A stretch of 60,231 nt of DNA from Akkermansia muciniphila (GCA_945900455.1 CAMDJH010000004.1:1-60231); one strand, 5' to 3'; shown: positions 1 through 7,940, numbered from the stretch's first letter. Numbers and translations are program-made. Notes: generated by a model from the sequence alone, not told the origin.

Positions 1-196
1 GATGATTCACACGGGGCGATCCAGCTACCCTGTCGAGCGCACATTGTTGAGTAGCGGCATTCTTGATCGAGCCCTGACGTCGCGATTTCTGAAGTACGAG
101 AAGCTGATGACTCCCGAACTGGGGATTCGTTATCAGCCGGTCGACTATCCCCATGCACCGCAGCCCAGCTTGGACTCCGACCCGTCGCAAGCATGA
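1..196 (+). CDS. 3' end of an unidentified CDS entering from upstream of the window (partial)
   Basis: Frame open from base 2 to the TGA at 194-196 (tail ...[23 protein letters not shown]...). I recognise no family. Coding status is inferred only from the open frame at the window edge. Confidence 0.3.
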   Translation, partial: MIHTGRSSYPVERTLLSSGILDRALTSRFLKYEKLMTPELGIRYQPVDYPHAPQPSLDSDPSQA

Positions 197-220
197 GCAA
201 CATCGACTAAGTAAGAAGTG

Positions 221-398
221 AGACGTTCGCCAAATCCCATTGACTGGTTTGACACACTGGCCACCGCACCGCACAGCGGGTTAATGAACGTTGCGCTCAA
301 GCCTGGGTTTGAGGATTTACGATCCTGCCACGGAACCAGTCGAAATCGTCCGGATCCTGCACGGTGCCCGAGACGCGACGGCGGAATTGGGCACGTAG
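221..398 (+). pseudogene. Degenerate ParE/RelE-type toxin remnant (frameshifted, internally deleted)
   Basis: Codons 288-398 read TLRSSLGLRIYDPATEPVEIVRILHGARDATAELGT*. The ...(Y)..v.IvRiLHGaRD tail is the typical ParE/RelE C-terminus. An in-frame TGA sits at 285-287. The upstream part (..IDWFDTLATAPHSG..ALKPG..) is only readable in another frame. There is no start codon and no antitoxin partner. Confidence 0.3.
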
Positions 399-536
399 TT
401 GGACGAGCGGCGTCAGGAAATGGTCAGGAAGGGGTCAAGCCCGGAATCGTGAATGTGATTCATGTTCGAACCTGTTTGCCTCTTATTCCAACTTTTTACG
501 ATTCCGGTCCATTGACGTGGGGGCACCGTGTCCGCG

Positions 537-1403
537 TCAGGGCAAATTGTTGAGGAGGCGGAGCCGGTAATAACGATTCCCACCCGGAGTGTTGGTTTCC
601 ACGAGAAACTGGAGTTTGTTGTTTCCACGCACGGGTCCGGCCACAGGCTTCCATGTTCCCGACTCAATGGAACGGGTGGCCTCCAGTACATTGCTGATTG
701 CGGTCGGACTGCGAAAGGAGACGGTCACCCGGTTGCTGGAGGTTTGAATGGTCTCGATCCGCAAGCCAGCTTGAAACCTAACCGGCAATAAATCAGACGG
801 TGCTTGGATCGGCCCACCGCCGACCCCGTTGGTGGAAATGTCAATGACGCGGAACCCCACAGTGTAAGTCCCCGGCGCGCTCGCTGTAAACTCTCGGCCG
901 TGGATGTGGCCGTAGGGATCGGTGCCAGGCTCGCCGTTGTTCTCACTGATAATCAGGTAATTCGTTCCGTTTTTCGTGCCGACCGGCACGCGGAACGTAA
1001 TTACTCCCAAGTCACTCTCTCCGTCCCCCTCCCAAAAGGCGAAGCTGCCACCAGGCGGTCCCTCGACGCTAACCACTTGGACCGCAAGCCGAGATCCAAA
1101 TGCGGCATGACCCGGAATCGGGCCACCGTTGGGAATCGTTCCCGCGATCGAGGAAAACGACAGCACGTCGCCCCGGTAATAACCTGCGTTCAGCCCGTTG
1201 GTCCTTAGAATCTGCGGGAAGGAGTAACTGCCCTGATTGGCATCAAAGAGGATGCCGTTGCTGAAGTACGCTTTGTCGTCTTGGTTCGTGCCCGATGCGC
1301 CCGCGTAGATATGAGTGTCCGCCAGGCATGGGAGCACCCATGCTACCAAGCCAATCAGTGCGAGAAGCGGCATCCGGACAAGGGTCTGTGGCTGAATATT
1401 CAT
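537..1403 (-). CDS. Secreted hypothetical protein with a DPYGHIHGR motif and an FYR-type C-terminal module
   Basis: 288-aa ORF with a clear N-terminal signal peptide (MPLLALIGLVAWVLPCLA). It is a paralogue of the fragment at 2631-3051 (shared ...DPYGHIHGR(E/R)FT...G.Y.VG...D.S.NG..GGP.Q.PS...). The core loosely resembles the actinobacterial 'choice-of-anchor M' (TIGR03769-like) domain, but this is from memory only. Confidence 0.75.
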   Translation of the reverse strand: MNIQPQTLVRMPLLALIGLVAWVLPCLADTHIYAGASGTNQDDKAYFSNGILFDANQGSYSFPQILRTNGLNAGYYRGDVLSFSSIAGTIPNGGPIPGHAAFGSRLAVQVVSVEGPPGGSFAFWEGDGESDLGVITFRVPVGTKNGTNYLIISENNGEPGTDPYGHIHGREFTASAPGTYTVGFRVIDISTNGVGGGPIQAPSDLLPVRFQAGLRIETIQTSSNRVTVSFRSPTAISNVLEATRSIESGTWKPVAGPVRGNNKLQFLVETNTPGGNRYYRLRLLNNLP

Positions 1404-1558
1404 AAATCACGTTGTGCAGAGGCCCCTTGGATTGGGATGCCCGCCAGCAATTCGATCGGAATGTAGGCACGGCACACAACCGGTCCCGACTTCATGGGTC
1501 GGTGACCGGAGTGCGCGGCGATGCTATCAACCTCGAACATCAATCCTTCCCCGTCGCC

Positions 1559-2554
1559 TCAGGGGGCGAAGCTCCAGCGGAAATATTGCTGAGCCGCACG
1601 GCTATCAAGAACGACGCCGGGTTGTCCATCCACTGTAACAGGAGTGTTGGTCACGGTCGTCCAATGGGTGGCATTGAGGGTTGATGCGGACTCTAGCACC
1701 CAATTGGCACTGGTGCCGGAGGGCCACGCGACAAACACTTTCGGCGCAATACTGAGGACCGGCGTCGGAGTTACAGACAAAGTCGCTGAAATCCCATGGG
1801 GCGAGTGCGCCGTGCCGGCGGTCTTGTTCGCGATGTCATTACCGCCAATGAAAATGGTGTAGTCACCCGGCGGGAGCACGAAGCTGCCCGTCACGGTGCC
1901 GGCATGGTTGGTGTCCGCCGCCGAGCCTTTGTAGATAAAACTGCTCAATTGGGTAAAATCACCCGGGAGGTCGCCATCGCCACCGATTTTCCAGTCCCCC
2001 AACGCATTCCAGCTTCCATCCGTCGAACCAGGGTCTGTGGCCGTCGGATCTACATTCTGTTGAACCCACCAAGTCCGCCACGCTTCGGAAGCAACGCCGA
2101 CGTCATGATCGGGGCTGGCAGCATTGGTCGTTTGCGAAGGTGGGAGTGGGGCCAGAGCCGCCAAGCCCGAATAGATGGAGAATGCCGGAATAAGCCCGCC
2201 GAGCGAATTCGTGGTCGCGCTCGGATTGGCTGAGACCGTCAGGCTGACCAATGCGGCATTGTCCAGGTGGAGCCGGAAGGCACGGCCCCGGTGGCTGTCA
2301 CCTAGAATGCCATCCGCGGCGTCGGCCCAGCCATAGTTGCCGGTGACCGCTTGATTGGTGATCGTCTTCGAACCGAGCGACAATCCGCTGTAGGAGCCGA
2401 AGTCGCGGCCGGAATAGCTGACATGCGCTTGGGCGAAATTGCCGGCCACAAAGCAAGCTGCGGCAATCATCAGACCTCCAACAAGAGTTCGAACGCCGCT
2501 CAAGGCGATCGTAGCTCCTGACGTTTTCATTTCGTTTTTCATTTCGTTTTTCAT
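1559..2554 (-). CDS. Secreted hypothetical protein (signal peptide, FYR-type C-terminal module)
   Basis: 331-aa ORF. A hydrophobic signal segment (LVGGLMIAAACFVAGNFAQA) follows an MKNEMKNEMK N-terminus encoded by a 12-bp tandem repeat. The C-terminus reads ...WTTVTNTP...AAQQYFRWSFAP. Three in-frame ATGs occur at 2554, 2542 and 2530. Confidence 0.7.
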   Translation of the reverse strand: MKNEMKNEMKTSGATIALSGVRTLVGGLMIAAACFVAGNFAQAHVSYSGRDFGSYSGLSLGSKTITNQAVTGNYGWADAADGILGDSHRGRAFRLHLDNAALVSLTVSANPSATTNSLGGLIPAFSIYSGLAALAPLPPSQTTNAASPDHDVGVASEAWRTWWVQQNVDPTATDPGSTDGSWNALGDWKIGGDGDLPGDFTQLSSFIYKGSAADTNHAGTVTGSFVLPPGDYTIFIGGNDIANKTAGTAHSPHGISATLSVTPTPVLSIAPKVFVAWPSGTSANWVLESASTLNATHWTTVTNTPVTVDGQPGVVLDSRAAQQYFRWSFAP

Positions 2555-2560
2555 TTCGTT
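2525..2560. repeat. Perfect 3x 12-bp tandem repeat (TTTCATTTCGTT) spanning the start codon region of the 1559-2554 gene
   Basis: Read directly: 2525-2536, 2537-2548 and 2549-2560 are identical. Degenerate further copies extend to about 2577. On the coding strand each unit is AACGAAATGAAA (N-E-M-K) and carries an in-frame ATG. Confidence 0.9.
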
Positions 2561-2630
2561 TTATTGTTTCGTTTTATTGGAATTGGGGAACATTTTGGCT
2601 ATCCTGGTATTCTTGGTCGTGCTTCAAAAC

Positions 2631-3051
2631 TCAATCTGTTGTATTGCGGATGCGATAGAAGCGGGTTGGCACCGTCGCGTTGGTATCCACGAGCCAGCGT
2701 AGTTCGCTGTGGGAAGTTCCGATGATGTTGGCGACCACCGTCCAATTTGTTCCAGAGACGGTAGGGCTCGATTCAAACACATAGTCCGTGAATCCCGGCA
2801 GGCCGAACCGGCCGGCGGCCCCTTTGTTGCTGAGGGAAAAATCGCTGAGGTACAATCCGGCCTGCAGATACAAATGTATAATTTCGGACGGACTCTGCAC
2901 CGGACCGCCGTTGGGGCCGTTGTTGGAAGTGTCCACGAGCTGAATGCCCACGATGTAAAGTCCGGGTTTGTTCAATGTGAATCGACGGCCATGAATATGG
3001 CCGTATGGGTCGGCAAACGGATCGGATGAATCCCCCTCGCTCAAATTGAAT
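2631..3051 (-). pseudogene. 5'-truncated paralogue of the 537-1403 secreted protein, cut by the IS66 left end
   Basis: The translation FNLSEGDSSDPFADPYGHIHGRRFT... aligns with residues from about 150 onward of the 288-aa paralogue. The N-terminal half and signal peptide are missing. Homology runs right up to the IS inverted repeat at 3052. The 'start' in the ORF track is only a TTG. Confidence 0.7.
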
Positions 3052-3073
3052 GTGTTGCTTCGGCAAGTGTGCG
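3052..3073. repeat. IS66 left terminal inverted repeat (GTGTTGCTTCGGCAAGTGTGCG)
   Basis: The reverse complement of 6463-6484 is GTGTTGCTTCGGCAAGCGTGCG, which has one mismatch. Confidence 0.8.
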
Positions 3074-3113
3074 TGCGTGACTGGTGAGGTGCGGGGCAGG
3101 ATGAGCGGCAGCA

Positions 3114-3521
3114 ATGAAATCGCCGACCTTCTCATCCAGCGATCTGAACGATCTCCAACACCATCTCGACTCCTGGCGGCAGCTCCAGTCCGGACGATCC
3201 CGTCTGCCTGATCCTCTTTGGGATGCGGCCGCCCACTTGGCCGGTTCCAAAGGCGTCAGCCTCGTGGCCCGCACCCTGCGGATTGATTTCTATAAACTTC
3301 AGCAGCGGGTCCGGGCCACCTCCGTAGCCCAGGGGAGGCTACCCACGACGCCTGCCACACCCTTTGTCGAACTAAAGCTCGATGCCACAGTCGCCCGTTC
3401 TGGCACCGGGGGCGTGGTGGAACTTTTCGACGGCCCGCAGCGTCGCTTACGACTGGAGACAGGACACGATCCAGCATTGTGGCTGGCCTTGGCCGAGTCC
3501 TTTTGGAGATCCAAGCCATGA
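3114..3521 (+). CDS. tnpA: IS66 accessory protein TnpA (Orf1)
   Basis: 135 aa, first ORF inside IRL. It has a helix-turn-helix-like segment (LWDAAAHLAGSKGVSLVARTLRIDFYKLQQR). Its stop overlaps the tnpB start (ATGA at 3518-3521). Confidence 0.7.
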   Translation: MKSPTFSSSDLNDLQHHLDSWRQLQSGRSRLPDPLWDAAAHLAGSKGVSLVARTLRIDFYKLQQRVRATSVAQGRLPTTPATPFVELKLDATVARSGTGGVVELFDGPQRRLRLETGHDPALWLALAESFWRSKP

Positions 3522-3886
3522 TCCAGATTACTCCGCAGATGCGGATTCTGGTGGCGGTTGAGGCGGTCGATTTTCGTAAGGGCATCGACGGACTTGCGGC
3601 GCTCTGCCGGCAAGTCCTTGAAGCCGACCCGCTGAGCGGGACGCTCTTTGTGTTCTGTGGTCGGAGTCGTCGAGCCCTCAAATGCCTGGTCTATGACGGC
3701 CAGGGTTTTTGGTTGTGTCAGAAACGCCTATCGACTGGCTTCTTTCGGGCGTGGCCTAAAAGCGATTCGTCCCCCGCGCTCCCGCTGGACCCGCATCAAT
3801 TGAGCACCTTGTTGTGGAATGGCGATCCGGCGCAAAGCCAGGCGGCGCCCATGTGGCGACGGGTCACGGCGGTTGGCGCGCCATAA
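3518..3886 (+). CDS. tnpB: IS66 accessory protein TnpB (Orf2)
   Basis: MIQITPQMRILVAVEAVDFRKGIDGLAALCRQVLEADPLSGTLFVFCGRSRRALKCLVYDGQGFWLCQKRL is the hallmark IS66 Orf2 sequence. The internal ATG at 3518 is preferred over the longer ORF-track start at 3479. Confidence 0.9.
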   Translation: MIQITPQMRILVAVEAVDFRKGIDGLAALCRQVLEADPLSGTLFVFCGRSRRALKCLVYDGQGFWLCQKRLSTGFFRAWPKSDSSPALPLDPHQLSTLLWNGDPAQSQAAPMWRRVTAVGAP

Positions 3887-3960
3887 TTCCGCGGGAGAAA
3901 ATCCTTCCGGATCTTCGAATTGAGTAGCGTTCCGTCTGCCGCTCGCTAAACTCAGCGGCC

Positions 3961-4839
3961 GTGAGCGAGGTGTTGCTGAGTTTTCGAGGCCGTGAGATCC
4001 GTCAGGAAGAAGTGAACTTCCTGCGCCAGTTGATCGCGGAGAACCCGGGCCTGAGCCGGCGCCGGCTTTCGGTGAAAGTCTGTCAGGCTTGGAATTGGGT
4101 TCAGCCCAACGGGCAGCCCCGCGACATGGTCTGCCGCAGCTTGATGTTGGTGTTGCACCGAGCCGGGCATATCGAACTGCCGGCTCCGCGCCGGGGAGTG
4201 CTCAACAATGCCATCGCCCACCGCCGCGTGGCGGAGGTCGAGGCGGTGGATGAGACTCCGATCGAAGGATCCCTGGTTTCGCTGGGGGCCTTGGAGATCC
4301 GTCTGGTCCGCCGCGCGGAAGGCGAAGCGCTCTTTGGACACCTGCTCAAGCGCCACCACTACCTGGGCTATAGCCGGCCGGTGGGCGAACATCTCAAGTA
4401 TCTGATCTTGGCGGGAAAGCGTCCCATTGCCTGCCTGGGCTGGAGCTCGGCACCGTTGAAGTTAAATCTCCGTGATCAGTTCGTCGGTTCCCCCAAGGAA
4501 GCCTACCGGCATAATCTGCACCTCATCGCCTATAACACCCGCTACCTGATAATGCCCTGGGCCAGAGTGCCTCATCTAGCGAGTCACCTGTTGGCGCGGA
4601 TCGCCCGGCGGATCAGTGCCGACTGGCAGGAGTTGTACCATCACCCGGTCCATCTCTTGGAGAGTTTCGTGGACACGGAACGTTTTCAGGGCACCAGCTA
4701 CCGCGCGGCCAACTGGATTTGCCTGGGTCGTTCCCTGGGACGGGGTACCAAATCCAAACCCTCCGACCCGGACACCTCCATCAAGGAACTGTGGGTCTAC
4801 CCGTTGCGCAGTGACTTCCGCCAACGCTTGCTGGCATGA
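3961..4839 (+). CDS. DUF4338 domain protein (DruA-like) embedded in the IS66 element
   Basis: 292 aa with a GTG start. The motifs HHYLGYSRPVGEHLKYL, NTRYLIMPW and LLESFVDTERFQGTSYRAANW match my recollection of DUF4338. Its stop overlaps the tnpC start (ATGA at 4836-4839). Confidence 0.75.
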   Translation: MSEVLLSFRGREIRQEEVNFLRQLIAENPGLSRRRLSVKVCQAWNWVQPNGQPRDMVCRSLMLVLHRAGHIELPAPRRGVLNNAIAHRRVAEVEAVDETPIEGSLVSLGALEIRLVRRAEGEALFGHLLKRHHYLGYSRPVGEHLKYLILAGKRPIACLGWSSAPLKLNLRDQFVGSPKEAYRHNLHLIAYNTRYLIMPWARVPHLASHLLARIARRISADWQELYHHPVHLLESFVDTERFQGTSYRAANWICLGRSLGRGTKSKPSDPDTSIKELWVYPLRSDFRQRLLA

Positions 4840-6398
4840 GTCTCCTCGAACAAATCCAAGCCCTGAGCTCTTCGGCGGAGGAACAACACGCCTTCCTCCA
4901 ACGGGTGAAGGCTGTTGTCTCGGTGGAGGATTTTCAGCGGATTGAAGCGCTGGAGCGGCTGTTACGCCAGGCCCGAGAGGCCCTGGAGCAGAACCAGCAG
5001 AGTACGGCGAAATTGCGCCGCGTGTTGTTTGGTCCGAAGACCGAGAAGACGAGCAAGGTGTGCCCACCGGCGCAACCGCCGCCCGCCCAGGATAAGATGA
5101 AACGCCCCGGGCATGGTCGCCGCGGGGTTGTGCAGTATGCCGGTGCACGGCGCATCCCGGTTTGTCATCCGACACTCAAAGCCGCTCAGCGATGTGAAAA
5201 ATGCCAGCGCGGCAAGTTACGCCGGCAAAAACGTCCCGGCGTGGCGATGCAACTGCGGGGTTCGCCCCCGGTGACGGCAACGGTGTGGGAATTGGAGAAG
5301 CTGCGGTGTGATGGGTGCGGGGCGTTGTTCACCGCGCCACCGCCCCCGGAAGCCGGGCAGGAGAAGTTCGATGCCAGCGTGGGAACGACGGTCGGTTTGT
5401 TGCGCTTTGGCTGCGGGTTGCCGCATTACCGGCTGGCACGGTTGCAGGAGTCGCTCGGCGTGCCACTACCGGAGTCGACGCAATGGGAGGTGATGTTGCC
5501 AGTGGCACAGGCGGCGGAACCGGCTTTCCAGGAATTGATCCGGCAGGCGGCGCAGGCGTCGGTGCTCTATGTGGATGATACGAAGATGCGGGTGCGGGAG
5601 TTGCGCACGAAGGGTGGCGGAGGGATCGATCCGAAACGAACGGGGACATTTACCACCGCGGTGGTGGGGGAATTGGGTGGGCAAAGCGTGGTGACCTTCT
5701 TCACCGGCTGGAAGCACGCCGGAGAAAACCTGTCCGAGGTGCTTCGGCATCGGGCCGCCGGGCTGGAGCCGCCGATCCAGATGTGCGATGCGTTATCGCG
5801 AAACTTCACGCTGGAGTTCCGAACGGTGCTGGCCAATTGCATGGTCCATGGAAGGCGAGAGTTCCTGGATGTCCGCGAATCGTTTCCGACGGAATGTCGC
5901 CATGTCTTGGAGCAGTTGGGCGAAATCTACCGGATTGACGCCGAGGCGAAGGAACGCGGCCTGAGTCCGACCCAGCGGTTGGTTCATCATCAGACCTATA
6001 GTGAGCCCGTGATGGCCGGGCTCCAACGCTGGATGGCCGACCTGTTGGAGCAAAAACGGACCGAACCAAACTCTGGGCTGGGCCAAGCCATTCGATATAT
6101 GCAGAACCACTGGGAGCCATTGACGCTATTTTTGCGGGTCCCCGGGGCTCCATTGGACAATAACGTCGCCGAAAGAACCCTGAAGATGGCGATCCTGCAC
6201 CGGAAGAACTCGATGGGCTATAAAACCGTCCTCGGAGCGAAGGTGGGGGATCTGTTCATGAGTTTGATCCACACCTGTCAGCGCAACGGGGCAAATCCCT
6301 TTGCGTACCTGCTGGCGCTGGCGCGAAATCCTGAAGCAGTGGCAGCCCAACCGAGTGCCTGGCTGCCCTGGAACTATCCGCATCCCGCCACGGCGTAG
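4836..6398 (+). CDS. tnpC: IS66 family transposase TnpC (DDE)
   Basis: 520 aa. It has an N-terminal coiled-coil/leucine-zipper-like region and a Cys cluster (CHPTLKAAQRCEKCQRGKL...LRCDGCGALF). It also carries DDTKMRV, MCDALSRN and NNVAERTLKMAILHRKNSMGY, which are typical of IS66 TnpC. Confidence 0.92.
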   Translation: MSLLEQIQALSSSAEEQHAFLQRVKAVVSVEDFQRIEALERLLRQAREALEQNQQSTAKLRRVLFGPKTEKTSKVCPPAQPPPAQDKMKRPGHGRRGVVQYAGARRIPVCHPTLKAAQRCEKCQRGKLRRQKRPGVAMQLRGSPPVTATVWELEKLRCDGCGALFTAPPPPEAGQEKFDASVGTTVGLLRFGCGLPHYRLARLQESLGVPLPESTQWEVMLPVAQAAEPAFQELIRQAAQASVLYVDDTKMRVRELRTKGGGGIDPKRTGTFTTAVVGELGGQSVVTFFTGWKHAGENLSEVLRHRAAGLEPPIQMCDALSRNFTLEFRTVLANCMVHGRREFLDVRESFPTECRHVLEQLGEIYRIDAEAKERGLSPTQRLVHHQTYSEPVMAGLQRWMADLLEQKRTEPNSGLGQAIRYMQNHWEPLTLFLRVPGAPLDNNVAERTLKMAILHRKNSMGYKTVLGAKVGDLFMSLIHTCQRNGANPFAYLLALARNPEAVAAQPSAWLPWNYPHPATA

Positions 6399-6462
6399 AA
6401 CCCGGGATTGCGCCGCCAGATTGCCGTCCCCTGCGGCTTACCCTATTGAATCGGAACACATC

Positions 6463-6484
6463 CGCACGCTTGCCGAAGCAACAC
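6463..6484. repeat. IS66 right terminal inverted repeat
   Basis: CGCACGCTTGCCGAAGCAACAC is the reverse complement of IRL with one mismatch. Confidence 0.8.
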
Positions 6485-6620
6485 CGAAGATCTCGGATTG
6501 AACGTGTTCTACGGAGGGCACTACGCCACCGAGACGTTTGGGGTGAAATCACTGGCCACTGCATTGAGCCACCGATTTCACATCCCGTGGAGTTTCGTGG
6601 ATTATCCCAGCGGCTTGTGA
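6485..6620 (+). pseudogene. 3' fragment of a Nif3-like (YbgI/GTP cyclohydrolase 1 type 2 family) gene abutting the IS66 right end
   Basis: The frame ending at TGA 6618-6620 reads (T)EDLGLNVFYGGHYATETFGVKSLATALSHRFHIPWSFVDYPSGL*. GHYATE..G...L plus the ...F(V/I)D.P tail is the conserved NIF3 C-terminus. Only about 45 codons are present, with no start. Confidence 0.6.
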
Positions 6621-6719
6621 TGTGACGAAAGGCCGCCGGCGGCGAGCGGGCGACCGGATGGCGAAACCCGCAATGCCCAGCAGTCGCGCACGCCCGTTTG
6701 TTTCAGGAATACCAACCGG

Positions 6720-7940
6720 TCACGCGCTCCGTTTTCGCCAGACATAGCGAAACATCAACACCCGCAGAGCTGCAGCCAGGGGAATGGCGAGGACCCCACC
6801 CAGAATTCCCCCAAGGAGCGTGGTGCCAACCATCACGGCAATAATGATTGCGAGGGGATGCAATCCGACACGATCCCCCATGATCTTGGGCGAAATAACC
6901 AGACCTTCAATCGCCTGCACGATGGAAAACACCAACAGCACCAGCAACGGGTGTAGCCAGTCTCCAAACTGGACAACGGCGATCAAGAGTGCGGTGACAC
7001 AGGTGGCAATGGCTCCAAGGAAGGGAATCATGGTCAGAAAGACCGCCATCACTCCCAGCAGCAATGCATACGGCAGGCCAATGGCCAGGAACCCCACAGT
7101 ATAAAGAACGCCGTCACAGAACGCGACCAAGACCTGGCTGCGAAAAAAGACGATCAGGTAGTCATTGACGGAGCGGAGAATGAACACGAGTTCGTCCTTG
7201 AATCGGGAGTTGTGAACGGGGAGATAGTCGGTCCAGTTGGAGCTGATACCCCGTTTTTCGACCAGAAAATAAAAGGCATAAACGGGGATCAACGCCAAAC
7301 CCGCGAAAACTCCAAACACAGAGCCGACGCGAGTCAACTTGCCACCCAACCACTCGCCAACCTTCGGAAGGAACTTGAGCATCCAGCTTGAAGCCGAACG
7401 CAACGCGGCGTGATCAAAGGCCTGAGTCCACCATGAATCCGCAGCGGATGGGGATGACGATGGGAGTGCGTTGGTGATGGCAGCGACCTCGATCGGCTCC
7501 ACCGGCGCCACCGGCGCCGTACTGACAGAATGCGTTTGGGGAAACCAACGGAGGAGGGAATTGGGCGGATGAGCGATCCAGTCATCAATCTTGTGCTGCA
7601 GCCGCACGGGTACTTTTTGCACGAAATCGCTCGTTTCCCCGACAAGGTGAGGAACAACGCTTGCCAGGAACCCGCACAACGTGACCGCGGCGATCGCAAA
7701 CACGAGCAGAATGGCTCGTTGCCGGGGAATTCTCCGCCGCTCAAGCACGTCCACCACGGGATCAAGCAGGTACGCGACGACTCCGGCAATCGCAAGCGGC
7801 CATAACACGGGGGACAAGAGCGAGAGGATTTGTCCAAGGCCCCAGACAATGCCCGCACCGACGATTACCAGTGCCGCGATGGAAAGCGCGGCCAATGCCC
7901 ACCACATTAAGCGGGCTTGTTTGTCGGTGGGTTGAGTCAT
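6720..7940 (-). CDS. AI-2E family transporter (PerM/UPF0118)
   Basis: Multi-pass membrane protein. It has the family's C-terminal signature ...IPFLGAIATCVTALLIAVVQFGDWLHPLLVLLVFSIVQAIEGLVISPKIMGDRVGLHPLAIIIAV.... The ORF is open to 8066. I prefer the ATG at 7940 (MTQPTDKQ...) just before the first TM segment, but the start is uncertain. Confidence 0.85.
   Translation of the reverse strand: MTQPTDKQARLMWWALAALSIAALVIVGAGIVWGLGQILSLLSPVLWPLAIAGVVAYLLDPVVDVLERRRIPRQRAILLVFAIAAVTLCGFLASVVPHLVGETSDFVQKVPVRLQHKIDDWIAHPPNSLLRWFPQTHSVSTAPVAPVEPIEVAAITNALPSSSPSAADSWWTQAFDHAALRSASSWMLKFLPKVGEWLGGKLTRVGSVFGVFAGLALIPVYAFYFLVEKRGISSNWTDYLPVHNSRFKDELVFILRSVNDYLIVFFRSQVLVAFCDGVLYTVGFLAIGLPYALLLGVMAVFLTMIPFLGAIATCVTALLIAVVQFGDWLHPLLVLLVFSIVQAIEGLVISPKIMGDRVGLHPLAIIIAVMVGTTLLGGILGGVLAIPLAAALRVLMFRYVWRKRSA

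Larger units (their letters stand above)
3052..6484 (+). mobile_element. IS66-family insertion sequence, 3433 bp, four ORFs (tnpA, tnpB, DUF4338 ORF, tnpC)
   Basis: Terminal inverted repeats 3052-3073 and 6463-6484 match at 21/22 positions. The gene order, the ATGA overlap of tnpA/tnpB, and a DDE transposase with a zinc-finger region are all typical of IS66. Confidence 0.85.

Noticed and set aside
455-490. tRNA-like T-arm string (GTTCGAACC) in the first intergenic region.
   Set aside because: No acceptor stem, anticodon arm or D-arm can be built around it. No tRNA, rRNA, tmRNA, RNase P or SRP RNA signature was seen anywhere in the window.
3518-3886. Whether the IS66 'TnpB' could be an RNA-guided OMEGA/TnpB nuclease with an associated guide RNA.
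   Set aside because: The name is a coincidence. This is the ~120-aa IS66 Orf2 family (MRILVAVEAVDFRKGIDGL...), which is unrelated to the ~400-aa RuvC-containing IS200/IS605 TnpB. There is no RuvC motif and no flanking structured RNA region.
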